Shown one piece after another: positions 41,811-52,984 of a stretch of 64,000 nt of DNA. The first letter of the stretch is position 1. Every line of letters starts with the position of its first letter. This stretch comes from an uncultured delta proteobacterium (GTDB taxonomy: Bacteria > Myxococcota_A > Polyangia > Polyangiales > Polyangiaceae). The DNA is taken from assembly GCA_963716725.1 (NCBI GenBank), contig CAVQUB010000012.1, positions 1 through 64,000 of the forward strand, written 5' to 3'. The notes below the pieces were generated by a model. It was given only the letters and a program-made list of their open reading frames with translations. It did no database searches and was not told the DNA's origin. A program made the position numbers and the translations under genes.

Positions 41811-42179
41811 TCATCCGGACTTATCCGGGTCATTACGACCTTGGACGGCGAGACGAGCGCGGGCCTGCGGGGCCCGCGCACCGATGGCTTCCAGGGCGAG
41901 CATGCTCTCTTGGCCCGACAAATCCACGGCCACTACGTCGTAGGACGAGCGACCTAGCTGCAACCGCGCTTCGTCGAGGCCCTCGACCCGCTCGATGCTC
42001 TCGGTTCGAAGCGCCTCCAAAAGTGGGTTTCTGGAGAGCGCGAGCACCCGAAGCTGAATCTGGAGTTGACCGCTGTCGTCAATGCTCGCCGGTCGATCGG
42101 GCGGCAGTGGTGGCGGTTGCTGCATGGCCGGAATGGTACTCGAATTCGAAGCAACAGCGTCCGGTTCGGCCTGCGGCAT
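41811..42179 (-). CDS. Hypothetical, possibly degenerate receiver domain
   Basis: YDVVAVDL segment; co-oriented within the operon. Confidence 0.45.
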   Translation of the reverse strand: MPQAEPDAVASNSSTIPAMQQPPPLPPDRPASIDDSGQLQIQLRVLALSRNPLLEALRTESIERVEGLDEARLQLGRSSYDVVAVDLSGQESMLALEAIGARAPQARARLAVQGRNDPDKSG

Positions 42180-42183
42180 GGGC

Positions 42184-42783
42184 TCATTCCGTTGGATTGG
42201 TCTCCACGAACGTCGGCGCGACGAAGAGCTCTTTGCCCGCCTTGCCCACCTTCACGACCTTCCCGCTCAGCTTGATCTCCGAGAGCTTTCCGTCGCCATC
42301 CAAGTCGCCCTGGGCAATGGCGTCGAAGGTCACGTTGACGTTCCCGGAGTTGGCGACGTTCGTGGTCGAGGTCTTGTACCGGTAGATGAAGTACTGCGGG
42401 CTGGTCACCGAGAACCTGAGACACGAGAAGCCTTTGCCTGCGGTCTTGGCGTCGGCGACCCACTCACTCGGGTTCGACTGGTACTTCTTGCCTTTGACCT
42501 TGGCCGCTTGCTGCGGGACCGTCTTCGATGCCGTGACACACAGGCGGTTCAGATCAACCACGCTCGCCTTTGCCTTCAGGACAGTGCCGGCCATGTCGCC
42601 GCGGGCGTAGGCCGCAGCAGCGTCTTTGGCCATGCGGCCCACGTTGGCTCGTGCCTCGGCTGTACGCGCCGACTTGACGTAGGTCCCGACGCCATAGCTC
42701 GCCAGGGCCGCAAGCACGCCCACGATTGCTACGGTGATCATCAGCTCGACCAAAGTGAAACCCTTGCTATTCTCGCGCTTCAT
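42184..42783 (-). CDS. Type IV pilin
   Basis: KG|FTLVELMITVAIVGVLAALA prepilin cleavage site; Cys pair; GDLDGDG. Confidence 0.92.
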   Translation of the reverse strand: MKRENSKGFTLVELMITVAIVGVLAALASYGVGTYVKSARTAEARANVGRMAKDAAAAYARGDMAGTVLKAKASVVDLNRLCVTASKTVPQQAAKVKGKKYQSNPSEWVADAKTAGKGFSCLRFSVTSPQYFIYRYKTSTTNVANSGNVNVTFDAIAQGDLDGDGKLSEIKLSGKVVKVGKAGKELFVAPTFVETNPTE

Positions 42784-44157
42784 TGTTCCTCCTTTGTGGG
42801 TGCGAGTTGCCCCGCGGCGCACGCCCAGCCCTCTGGCGGAGCGGTTTGGTCGTCACATTCAACGGTCGCGAGTCCGCTCGCTCCTTCGAGTTCGGCCCCG
42901 CTGAAGTCCGTGCCCAGGGCCCGGGCCAGGCTCAGGTTTGCGCCCTTCAAATCGGCGCCCGCCAGATCGGCACGATCGAGCCGAGCTCCCGAAAGATTCG
43001 CCCCGCCAAGCTCGCTGTGCGCCAGCCTGGCGTCGGTTAGATCCGCGCCCTCGAGGTTCGCCCCGGCGAGTCGGCGATCTCCCAGCTCCACGAGCTTTTG
43101 CGCCGCCAACCCACGCCGCGCCGGGTCGGAGTGCCCCAGGTCGCCTCGTGCCCACCACTGAGACGCGCTCTGGATGGGGTTCGTGAGGAACATCGCTATC
43201 GCGATCGAAGCGGCGACGAGGACTCCGGCGAACACCGCGAGTTTCCGCTTCGTCGGCATTTCGACGCCGGGCGCCGCCGCCGCCGGGATCACTGCGTTCC
43301 GAGGCGCCGAGACCGGAGGCGAGCTCAGCCCGGTGAAGTTCTGCTCGACGGCGTTCGGGAGCATGAGGCCGACGTTCTCGAAATCGCCGTAGCGCTCCAG
43401 ATCGGCGACCAGCTCGGCCACGCCCGAGTATCTCAGCAGCGGCTCGACGCAGGTGGCACGCCTCACGATCCTGGAGAGTCCCGCTGGCGCGCGGGCGAGG
43501 CAGTCGAGGCGCGGAATGCGGTCGCCTTCGATGGGTGGCTCGGCCCCGAGCACCAAGAATGCGAGAACCCTGCCGAGCGAGTACACGTCCGAGCGCACAT
43601 CGGCCGGCGCGCCGTCGAACACCTCGGGCGCTGCGTAGATGCGCGAGTGACGCGGGCCGACCGGTCGTCCGCCGACGTCGAGCAGACACGGACTCAGATC
43701 GTCTGCCAGACCCACGATTTCCTGGACAAAGATCCCCATGAAATCGCCCCCTTTCGTGAAGCGCGGACAGCGTCTCGCAAATGGCCCCCAGAAGCTCGAG
43801 CCTGCGATCGAGCTTCATTCCCAGCGCCGGTGAATCCCTAAGGGTGCCGACGAGCGAGCCCGTGACGAGGTAGCCGCGGCGGGTGTTGAGCTCCCGAAGC
43901 TGCACCACTCCCGGGACGCCCGCGGCGCTGGTCAGGCCCTCCGCCACGGCGGCTAGGTCCCCGAGTTCGTCCGGCGTGGGCTCCGCCGCGAACGTGGTCA
44001 CCGAGACTGTTTGGTCATCGGATGTCACGGCGGACCAGATTTCGCGACCTCGAACCGTGGCGATCAACTCCTGCCGGGAAACGCCGCGGGGCCACGGCTG
44101 CTCGGCGCCGAGACCCACAAGGGGAAGCAAGTCCGTCGGATTGGAGTGGGTGTTCAT
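42780..44157 (-). CDS. Kinase-like protein with TM helix and pentapeptide repeats, frameshift near 43715
   Basis: HGDLCPGN in one frame; YAAPE...SDVYSLG and ANLEG/ADLTD repeats in the next. Confidence 0.75.
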
Positions 44158-44703
44158 AGGGCAAACATAGCCTGGCACAGTCAAACGGACGCAAAGACGC
44201 GACCTTTAACGGCTTCGGAGTGGGAGACCCGCCTACCTTCAGCTCCAACGGACAGTGCCTTACCAGCGAGAGAACTCGTGTCCATCTCGCCAGTTTCGTT
44301 GGGTGACGCCTTTATCGCGGGAGCACGCACCATCCGTTACGCAGGGGTTGCCGGATGTGCCACACCTCGGGCTCGAGGGCGGACGCAGCCGCCCACCCAT
44401 CGGGCGCAACACGTTGGATACGGCGCGCCTCGAATAGGCGCTGGCCATCGCGTTCTCCGACCCAGTGTCCTTCGATCACGAACTGCCGGCCGATGTCCAC
44501 TTCCGTCAGTCCGAGCTCTTCAGTTGCGTAAAAGACGCTGATGTCCGGGGCGCCGGCCGGCCGCTCACGCGTCCCGAACACTGGATACGGCGGCCTTGGT
44601 GTTGCCGGCGCGCACACTCCGGTGTCGTGACTCGACACCACCGCGGCCCTTTCCCTGGCGTTTGGGCGACGGCCCGATGGCTCACACATGCAAGTGGCGC
44701 TGC

Positions 44704-45231
44704 ATGTCCTCGTCTCGGGTCGGAACCGTCCGCGCTGCGGTGGTCCTCGCCATGTCTCCGGTCGCGGCGCTGCTCGCTTGCGACGTGGGAGACCTGGACT
44801 TCCAGTTGTTCAGTGGCGCTGACGGGGGCTCGGGTGACTCCGGGTGGTTCGAGGGGGAGTGCAAGACCGACCAGCACTGCGAGGCGGGGCAGTGCTGCGT
44901 GCACTTTCTCGGTGGGTGGTGCGAAGACTTGGTCTGGACCAGTTCGACGCAGCCGATCTGTTTCAACTCTGGGGACGATCACGACGGGCTTTGCGCCTGT
45001 TTTCCGCCCCAGGCCGAGCCGATGTGCCCACCGGCGATACTCGAGCCCCCGGTGACGCCCGAGTGCGAGCCCCGCCCCTACGTGAAGTGCGCGATGCTCT
45101 GCCCCCAGCAGGTCTGCGCGTGTTCCACGCAAGAGCTGGATCTGTCTGACGTTGGAGTCGAAGTGCCGAGCTGTCCCCCGCCGGACTGGGCGATTCCGTG
45201 CCCAAGCGCAGACGGCGGAGTCGCCGATTGA
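44704..45231 (+). CDS. Cys-rich lipoprotein
   Basis: ALLAC lipobox, many Cys. Confidence 0.65.
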   Translation: MSSSRVGTVRAAVVLAMSPVAALLACDVGDLDFQLFSGADGGSGDSGWFEGECKTDQHCEAGQCCVHFLGGWCEDLVWTSSTQPICFNSGDDHDGLCACFPPQAEPMCPPAILEPPVTPECEPRPYVKCAMLCPQQVCACSTQELDLSDVGVEVPSCPPPDWAIPCPSADGGVAD

Positions 45232-45423
45232 CGAGGTGCTTCGCGCGAGCCCTCAGCTTCGCCGCCGTGATCCCGGCGAGCTGGACGGGGGCCACGCTGC
45301 GCTTTCGCGACCACGCGAGCTGGGAGACCAACAACGACGGCGCGCTTCGCGAAATCTGGGTCAACTCGAAGCCGGCCTCGGCGTCTCGTGGTCGTGCCGG
45401 CGCCAATCGGGGGCTGCGCCCAC

Positions 45424-47592
45424 TCAACTGTCGCCGGCGGCTCTGAGGTCCCTCGCGACGTCGATCAGTCGAGCGAGCTCCCGACGCTCCGGCTTCGATT
45501 GCTCCGCGGCTCGACTGATCTCAGCGATGCGGTCGAGGGACCACGCCACGGCTCGAGGGCTGCCTCGGAGCACCTCCCCGAATGCAGCGACCGAGACCGC
45601 GAAGCGAAGATCCGACCCGGCGACCTCGAACACCTCGCCGATCTGGTCGGGCTGCATTTGAAAGACGGCTTCGCTCGCGGGAGCGCTCAGACTGCCATGC
45701 GCGGGCCGGTATCGGATCGACAGCGTGGCGGGTGGCAAATCCGTACGCCTGAGCACGACCTCGTACAGCGCCGTGACCGCGTGCCCCGCGCCGACTTCGC
45801 CGCCGTCCAGGCTGTCCTTGCGGAAGTCCCCGTCGGCAACGTCCCGATTTTCGTAACCGATCAGGCGATACTCGGCGACCGCTCGGGGGTCCATCGCGAC
45901 CTGCAACTTCACGTCGCGCGCGACCACGGAGAGCAGTCCGCTCATGCCTGCTCCAAAGACCCGGCGCACGTCGTCCTCGCTGCCGACGTAGGAGTAGTTC
46001 CCGTCGCCCGCGTCGGCGAGGCGTTCCATGGTCGAGTCGCGGTAGGAGCCGCGCCCGAATCCGACCGTCGACAGCGTGATGCCAAGCTCCCTCTTGGCCT
46101 CGATCAACTCCAGAATGGCATCGGGGTCCCGCGCGCCGAGGTTTGCGTCACCGTCCGAGAGCACGACCACGCGGCTCTCGTGACCCCGCTTCAGTGTGCG
46201 CGCTGCGAGTCCGTACGCGAGGTCGATGCCGCTCGCCATGGCCGTCCCGCCCACGGCCGAAAGCCCGTCGATGGCGGCCAGAATTCTTGACCGCTGCTCG
46301 GCCGGCGTGGGCGGCAGAACTTCGCGCACGTCGCCGGCATAGGTGCACAGAGCCACCGTGTCCCCGAGCCGCAGGCTCTCGCTGAGCAACCGCAAGCTCG
46401 CCTGGGCCAGGGGCAGGCGGTCGGGAGCGCGCATCGAACCGCTCGTGTCCACCAGATAGGTCAGGTGCAGCGGCGGTCGAAGAGCGATCTCGACGCGACG
46501 AGCCTGCACGGCGACGCGCAGGAAGTGACGCCCCGGATCGAAGGGGGATGGCACCGCGTCCAAGTGGACGCGAAACGGCGCGTCGCCGGGCTCGGACTCC
46601 GGACCCGGATACGCGTAGTCGAAGGCGTTCAGCATCTCTTCTACGCGCACTGCCGTCAGGGGAGGCAACTCTCCCCCCTCGAGCCGGCGCTTCACGACGT
46701 AATACGAGCCCGTGTCGACATCGGCAGCGAAGGTCGAGAGCGGATCCTGGGCGGGATCGAGGGCGGGATTGATGCCGTAATCGGCGAAGTCATCGGCCCC
46801 GGCTGCGGCTTCGGCGTTGCCGCCGACGTCGTCGTCCTGCTCAGCCGCGCCGCCCGCGGAGCCCAGCGCGAGCCCCCCGATGCTGCCGGCGTACGCCGCG
46901 GTCGACGGTCCAATCATCCCGAACTCCGCCGGCGCAGCCTCCGTCGCTCGCGCCGCGCCCGCTGCGCTCGGGCTCGCGAACCCGCGCACCCCGCGCCGAC
47001 CGCTCTTGGTCTTGCCGCGACGCACTCCGAGTCGCAGGCGCCCCGGTGCTCCGGCGCGCCCCTGCCCCGCCACCGGCTCGCGCTCCGCGTGCGCCGACAG
47101 GTAATGCTTCATCAGCTCGATCTGCTCGCGCTCTTCTTCCTGCGTCTGCCCCGGGACGTGCAGCGCTGCCGCCGCGCCGAGGGTGCTACCGCACACGAGC
47201 GCCGCGCCGAGCGCGTAGCCGCCGCCTGACGAACTCAGATGGAATCTTCGCAGGGGTGATCGCACGGCGACCTCCGCCTCGACGTCGACGCTGAAGTCTC
47301 CGAAGCTCTGGGCGAAGCGCTGGCCCAGTTGGAGCGGAAAGACCCCGAGTGACTCGTCTTCGGGGTCTACCTCGAGCGGTGCCAGGCACGCCCTCCCGTC
47401 GCGCGGCACCGCGATCAACGCCCGGCCGCCCCGCACGCGCACGATGGGCAAGTCCGCTCGCCCCAACACCTCGCTGGGCATGACGAAGTCGGCATCGTTC
47501 TCGCCGAGCACGTAGTCCCGAGGGGGCGCGAGTACGACGTCGTGCACGACGTCACCGAGCCACCACACCCGAAGCCGGAGGGAGAGGGTCAC
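45424..47592 (-). CDS. VWA-domain protein (YfbK-like) with N-terminal membrane-anchored extension
   Basis: STFAADVDTGSY, VRVEEMLNAF, DTSGSM MIDAS, YRLIGYENR, GEVGAGHAVTALYE; start uncertain. Confidence 0.85.
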   Translation of the reverse strand: MTLSLRLRVWWLGDVVHDVVLAPPRDYVLGENDADFVMPSEVLGRADLPIVRVRGGRALIAVPRDGRACLAPLEVDPEDESLGVFPLQLGQRFAQSFGDFSVDVEAEVAVRSPLRRFHLSSSGGGYALGAALVCGSTLGAAAALHVPGQTQEEEREQIELMKHYLSAHAEREPVAGQGRAGAPGRLRLGVRRGKTKSGRRGVRGFASPSAAGAARATEAAPAEFGMIGPSTAAYAGSIGGLALGSAGGAAEQDDDVGGNAEAAAGADDFADYGINPALDPAQDPLSTFAADVDTGSYYVVKRRLEGGELPPLTAVRVEEMLNAFDYAYPGPESEPGDAPFRVHLDAVPSPFDPGRHFLRVAVQARRVEIALRPPLHLTYLVDTSGSMRAPDRLPLAQASLRLLSESLRLGDTVALCTYAGDVREVLPPTPAEQRSRILAAIDGLSAVGGTAMASGIDLAYGLAARTLKRGHESRVVVLSDGDANLGARDPDAILELIEAKRELGITLSTVGFGRGSYRDSTMERLADAGDGNYSYVGSEDDVRRVFGAGMSGLLSVVARDVKLQVAMDPRAVAEYRLIGYENRDVADGDFRKDSLDGGEVGAGHAVTALYEVVLRRTDLPPATLSIRYRPAHGSLSAPASEAVFQMQPDQIGEVFEVAGSDLRFAVSVAAFGEVLRGSPRAVAWSLDRIAEISRAAEQSKPERRELARLIDVARDLRAAGDS

Positions 47593-48049
47593 GGGCGAAT
47601 TCGACAGCCTCGCCCGCGCCGAGTTCCACTCGGGTCGCGCGCTCTGGGTCAGTGGGAGGGAGAAACGGACCTGCCCCTCAAAATGACGCAGCCCAATCTT
47701 GTTGCCCTTTCGGGGCTGCCGCTGCTTTTCGCCGCGATTATCGCCTTGGCCCTTCGAGCACAGGGACGCCCGGCGTGGACGCCGGTGCCGGTGCCGGGTC
47801 AGTGCTGCCGGATGGCGGCGTGGACGAGATCGCAGCGTGGCGCGAAGCGAGCCGGCTGGCGCGTGGCCCGCATGCCCCAAGCGTGCAACGCGAACGCCCT
47901 GGGCCACCTTTCTCAGAGCGCACTGGGGAGCCGCTCCGAGCGATGGATCCGAAGCTCTGACCAGCCTGATTGTCGGAGAATGGACCGCCGCAGGGCAACC
48001 TCTGCAAACGCTCCTCGTTCGAACACGGCCGACGGCGCCCGCGCCTCCC

Positions 48050-48310
48050 TCACCGCCCGCCGACTTTCGCCACACACTCGCCACCTAATCGGAGGGTGGA
48101 CGACGCGGTTCTGCCGTTCGGAGTGGTCGCTACAGCGTCATGGGTGACCAGGATCCGATCTTCCGCCGCTGCCCAATCGAGCACAGCACCGTCAGGCTCG
48201 GAGCGGAGACCGCAATCCTGAACGCGCACGAAATCGATCTCCGGCAAGCGCCGGCGCACGCCGCGCACAATCAGGTTGTTGAAATCCTCGTCGGCGGCCA
48301 GCCGAATCAT
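48050..48310 (-). pseudogene. DUF5615 PIN-like toxin, apparently truncated
   Basis: LAADED...VQD.GL...D..VL.WAA.E.RILVTHD, then loses family character. Confidence 0.75.
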
Positions 48311-48639
48311 CCGGAGGACCCGGCCCGCCGAGCGATCAACCGGGCGCGAAGTCCTACCTGCGGAAATCGCGCCTCGATCTCCGCCTTGACCGCGTCTCCC
48401 GCTCGGCGGCGCCCGGCTACGTATTCGTCTACCTCGACCCGGTGCGCGAGCACGTACGCGAGCGTCGCGTAGACCGCCGTGAGCTCGAGCGCTGGGTAAC
48501 TGTCCACGATCTCCTCAGCCGACGCTCCGCGATCGAACACGATCACGATGGACTCCAAGGCGACCCTCGTGCCGCCAACACGGATCACTCCCTGCTCATC
48601 GAACGAGAGAGGAGGGGGCCGTGCATCAAACGCGAGCAT
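48307..48639 (-). CDS. DUF433 antitoxin
   Basis: RVGGTRV...GASAEEI..YP.L...VYA.LAY; ATGA overlap with the toxin. Confidence 0.88.
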   Translation of the reverse strand: MLAFDARPPPLSFDEQGVIRVGGTRVALESIVIVFDRGASAEEIVDSYPALELTAVYATLAYVLAHRVEVDEYVAGRRRAGDAVKAEIEARFPQVGLRARLIARRAGSSG

Positions 48640-48924
48640 GGCCCGAGAATAGCCCGTCGAGAGGCTCTCCGCCGGAGCAGCACACCTTGTCGCTGACCGT
48701 GGCGGGCACGCTTTGCGTGTCGCGTGACTTGGCTTCCGCGCTCATCCGAACGGGCGTCATGTCCAAGCCGCCTGTCTGTAGTCGTGATGTAGTCCAATCA
48801 GAACGGGGCTCGCGACAACCGCGCCGCGTCCCGCCGCAGCCGATGACCGCCCGATCGGAATGAGCTGCCCATCCCCTGATGAGTTCGCCCGCGATCGAAA
48901 TACCGGCAACACTCGCTCAGCAGT

Positions 48925-49222
48925 TCGAGCAGACTTGGAGTCACGACGCCGCTGGGTCGAGTATTCCAAGGCCAAGGACGAAATGTTCGCCCACACCGAC
49001 ATTAAGGCATCCCCCTGGTACGTGGTGACTGCGGACAGCAAGAAGCACGCGCGCCTCAACTGCATTACCCATATGTTGAGCTTGATTCCGTATGATGACT
49101 CGACGCCCGAACCCGTCGAGCTCGAACCGCGACCCAAGGCCAAGTCCGACGCGGTCTAGAAAGAGATGGGCTACGTGCGCCCGCCCATGGCGGAGCAGAC
49201 CTTCATTCCCGAGAAGTTCTGA
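48925..49222 (+). pseudogene. ppk2: Polyphosphate kinase 2 3' fragment with internal stop
   Basis: DLESRRRWVEYSKAKDEMF..TD...PWYVV...KKHARLNCI; TAG at 49157 before YVRPP...FIPEKF. Confidence 0.85.
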
Positions 49223-49274
49223 GTCACCGCCCGCCTCGCCGCGCTGAGCCCCCCACCGCCGCTTCGCGCCGCGC

Positions 49275-49826
49275 CTATTCGTTGGCCGCGCACCATTCAT
49301 AGAGGTCCGCCTGCAACGCTTGGATTTCCTTGTCGTTTGTCTTCAGGCGCTCGACGACATCCGGGGGGAGCTTTGCCACCGGTTCAGCATTGCCTAGCAG
49401 CCCACGCACGCCCTCCGCCGCAGCTTCCGCGAGCACCTTCTTGCGCTCGTCTGCGGGGTCTGCAGAGCCCGCGGCTCCGGGGCTGGGTGCCGACGCCGCG
49501 GGTGAAGGTGGCTCCTGCTTGGGTTCGACGAACTGGGCACTTTCGAGGATGCGCTTTCGGTCGGAAAGCTTGGTCGACAATTCGGCCCCGTGCTTTCGCA
49601 CCTGTTCGGTCTGGATTGACTTTGCGGCGTCCTCCCATTGGCTGAGCGCCGCCGTCAGGCCGGCAGCTTCCGCCTTGCGCCCCTCTTCATTCGTAGCGTG
49701 ACTGGCCCCCGCTGGACGGAACGCAACGACAAACGCCTTGCAGTCCCTGGCCGTATGCTTGTTGCAGGCGGGAAACACGACCGAGCAGACGAGGATAACG
49801 GCGGCCAAGACCTTCATGCTTCGCAC
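49275..49826 (-). CDS. Hypothetical helical lipoprotein
   Basis: VFPAC lipobox. Confidence 0.6.
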   Translation of the reverse strand: MRSMKVLAAVILVCSVVFPACNKHTARDCKAFVVAFRPAGASHATNEEGRKAEAAGLTAALSQWEDAAKSIQTEQVRKHGAELSTKLSDRKRILESAQFVEPKQEPPSPAASAPSPGAAGSADPADERKKVLAEAAAEGVRGLLGNAEPVAKLPPDVVERLKTNDKEIQALQADLYEWCAANE

Positions 49827-50005
49827 GTTATCATTGCGCTTCTGTCAGAATCGCATCTTTCAGCTTGTCACTACACGGGGCCACCCATTGCGACAGCGCA
49901 ACCCGCCGCGCCTGGGCCTCGGCCCGCAGCGGCTTGAAGCCCGCTTCCACCAGCAGCCGACGAACCAGGCTCACGACCGCAACCCGCGGTCAGCTTGGCA
50001 GTGGC

Positions 50006-50830
50006 TCAGGGCGGGGCGATGCTCATCGGCACTTCGACCGCTGCCGCCATGGTGGTGCCGAGCAACACGCCGCCAGCGAAGTACGTGCCCGAGTCCGACT
50101 CCGGCAGAATATCGTAGGTGGCGTCGTGAGCGTAGGGCACGACGCTGACGCGAGCGATGCGCACTCCACCCAGGAACGAATCGGCCACCAGATCTCCGAA
50201 CAGGCGACCGTCCGCGGTGGGGTGCGGCGCGCTAATGCGCAGCATGATTCCCGTTTCGAGTTCGACTTGGACGACCTGGTGCGCGTGGGCGGTGATGCGC
50301 TGGGCGCGCCGCAGGGGCACGGCTACGCGCTGGCCGCGATGCATGCTGAAAACGAGATCGCCGGCACGCAAGCTGGCGATGGGCTTCGGTCCGGTGGGCG
50401 TCGCGATCGGCGTGTCGGGCGATGCGCACGCGCACTCTGGACAGCCCAGGGGGCATGTTCCATTCACTGGCGCGACGCAACTGGTGATGCTGGGCCCCTG
50501 ATTGACGGTGCAGCACAGCTCGCCCGCTTGCAGATTGACCCCATGCAACATGCCGCGCCCGCGGGGGGTGGGGGCTGGACGCCTGCAGGGCGCCTTGTCG
50601 CAAGCGCTGCCGTTGCAGAACGGATTGGGTCCGGCGCACGCGCTACCGCAGGAGCCGTAGTTAGGATGTCGTTGGCGGTATTGACGCACACACTGTTGCA
50701 GCAGGTAAAGCCGCCGCCGCAAGCCGCCCCCGGCCCGCACTTCGTTGGCCCGCCTCCGCTGCCGCCAGTTCCGCCGGAGCTTGACGTGCAGGACCACAAG
50801 CCGCTTGGCGTGCAGTTGCAGCCGCGCGCG
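50006..50830 (-). pseudogene. Cys-rich protein with C-terminal Hint domain; frameshifted, 5' end lost
   Basis: CASPDTPIATPTG..PIASLRAGD.V, ISAPHP, TYDI...TYFAGGVL. Confidence 0.78.
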
Positions 50831-51504
50831 ATGGCCGAGAGTCGAGAGTTTGAAGCGTGGCGCACGGCTCATGCTGATGCGGGATGCGATGCGCCGTCCG
50901 GGCCGACCGACCCGCGCTGGCGCGCAGTTCGCGGGTAGGCCGAAGCGGATCTGCACCACCGGCTCATCGCGCTTCCGTACATCGACATGCCGCGGAGCGA
51001 AGCGCACGTGCGAGGAGTGCGCGACCATGCACGATCGCTTCGACGACTCAATCGCAGCCGCAGAAAACTGGGTTTCGGTCGCGCCATCAGCGTCGTCTGA
51101 CTGCGCCGCGCTATCGTCGCCCCGCTGTTCTCGCCCGCCCACTCCGGATATATTTCAGCGCTCACGAGCCGCCGCACATCCATTTGAGTACCAAGGTCAC
51201 GAGGCCTTCGTGGCATCGCAGCAGGTGAGGTGCTCGAGGGGTCGCCTGCCAAGGCGGCAATCTCAGTTGCCGAAAGTCTGCGCTCCTCATCGCCCAGCAT
51301 TTCGTCGCGTAAACGCCTCACTTTACGCAAAGGCTCCGCCGGCGGCTGGGTCTGGTCCCGTGGCGTGGGTTCTTCCTCCCTCACCGCACCCGACGCGCTT
51401 CGTGACGATCCTTGAAAGTGCCCGGAGGGGCATCCCCGGCGGGGGGAACCCAAGTCCCCGGTCCCCGATCGTCGCGTGGCGCTTTGCTCAGACCGGAGCG
51501 CGCG

Positions 51505-51572
51505 TGGCGCATGCCCGCGCGCACGCGGCGGGGCGCATGCCCGCGCGCACGCGGCGGGGCGCACGCGGCGGG
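51505..51572. repeat. Short tandem duplication (gcgcatgcccgcgcgcacgcggcggg, about 2.5 copies)
   Basis: Read directly. Confidence 0.7.
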
Positions 51573-51673
51573 GGGAGACGCGCCGGTTCAGGACGCGAGG
51601 CCCCCGAGCTGACTCCCCGAGCCCGAGCCTTCGCCTTCGACGTTCCCACCCGGAGGGAGTAAACTTCCCGGTG

Positions 51674-51919
51674 ATGCACGCCCTGAAAGCCCAGGTGAAG
51701 AACGGCAGGCTTGTTCTCGATGAACCAACGGACCTGCCGGAGGGCGAGATCGTCGAGTTGATCGCCGTCGATGAGGTACTGGCGAAGGGCGGGGACTACC
51801 TCGATGACGAGGAACGGGAACGGCTCCATGCGGCCCTGGAGCGCTCGATCGAGCAGGCCCAGGATGGCAAACTGATCGACGCCAGCGTCGTGATGGCCAA
51901 GCTCCGAGCGATCCCTTGA
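51674..51919 (+). CDS. Putative antitoxin
   Basis: MHALKAQVKNGRLVLDEPTDLPEG...; overlaps the start of a ParE-like gene. Confidence 0.7.
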   Translation: MHALKAQVKNGRLVLDEPTDLPEGEIVELIAVDEVLAKGGDYLDDEERERLHAALERSIEQAQDGKLIDASVVMAKLRAIP

Positions 51920-52085
51920 AGCTGACCGTTCGGTTTACTCCGGAGGCCGAGAGTCGGGCGATTGCCGTTGCGACCTGGTGGAGGGTGAACGGCATCGTCC
52001 GTGACCTGTTCGACCGAGAGCTTGCGGAGGCTCAGGAGAAAGTGATCGCCGAGCCGCTCCTCGGCGTGGTCTACCGGACGGCAAG
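51916..52085 (+). pseudogene. RelE/ParE-like toxin, truncated
   Basis: VRFTPEA...WW...LF..EL...P..G..Y, then runs into the transpeptidase fragment. Confidence 0.65.
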
Positions 52086-52091
52086 GGGAGC

Positions 52092-52393
52092 CCCGGTCCC
52101 CGATCGTCGCCGCTGCGCACCGAGCGCCACGTATCGGGCACGCGCAGCTCGGCTTCGCCCGAACGGGGAAGACGGGCTGCGCCGAGAGAGCGCGGGCGCC
52201 TTGGGTGGCGATCGCCACCTGACTTCGCCACTTCGCCGCCTGTCGGCGAACGAATCCTCCGGGACTCTGCGGCTCTGCCGCGCGGCACGGGACTCGCTCA
52301 TGCACGCATGGCGTGGGCCACGCCGCACACGCCTTCCCCCAGCCTGAGCGCTCGCGCTTTCGCCATCGACCGGAGAGCACCGTGCTCTACCAG
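52092..52393 (+). repeat. Deleted copy of the IS91-like upstream region (matches 53893-53943, 54162-54192, 54265-54482)
   Basis: Shared strings such as gggtggcgatcgccacctgacttcgccacttcgccgcctg and cgccatcgaccggagagcaccgtgctctaccag. Confidence 0.85.
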
Positions 52394-52756
52394 ACTCGGG
52401 AGTCGCGGCGCCGCCACTGGTCGTGTCGTAGCCCGGACCCGCCGTGGCTTTGACCACGTTGGGCTCGGGCTGCTAGGGGTGCCCCAACCCGCGCGTCCTC
52501 GGCATGCGCGGTTGGTCGTGCATGAGACACGAAGCGTCGTGGCCTGCGGCCGCGCGACCTTCCCCAAACGCCGCGTGTGGCGCAAACGCGAGCTGGCTTC
52601 GGAGATGGCGTGCGGCGGCGGCAGGGTGAGCTGAGAACGGCGGCGAGTGGCGGCCGCCGCCGGCGGCCCGCGGTTTCGCCACTCACCGAGGCCTGTAACT
52701 TGCGGCATTTTGGCCGAGAGCACGCTCGGCACGCGGCGTGCGCTTGGGCGCGCCGA

Positions 52757-52980
52757 TGGCTGCCGTGCTGCCGCCCCCGGACGCGGGCTCGGACGGTGCC
52801 GGCGCCCCGTACCGCCAGCGCCGGCCCGAGCTCGGTGCGCTCTACCAGATTATCGCGGACAACTTCCGCACGCTGGAAGCCGCTGCCGAGCAGGGCCTGG
52901 TCGCGCCGCTGCCGTCCTTCGTGAGGGACGAGTTCTTGGGCTATCTCGACTGCGGCGTGCTCGCGCGGGGCTTTGGATTT
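52757..52980 (+). pseudogene. IS91-like transposase N-terminal fragment
   Basis: YRQRRPE..ALYQ...LPSFVRDEFLGYLDCGVLARGF; similar to the N-terminus of 54402..56111. Confidence 0.8.
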
Positions 52981-52984
52981 CTCC

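Noticed and set aside
50006..50430. Self-splicing intein
   Set aside because: No C-terminal His-Asn and no substantial C-extein
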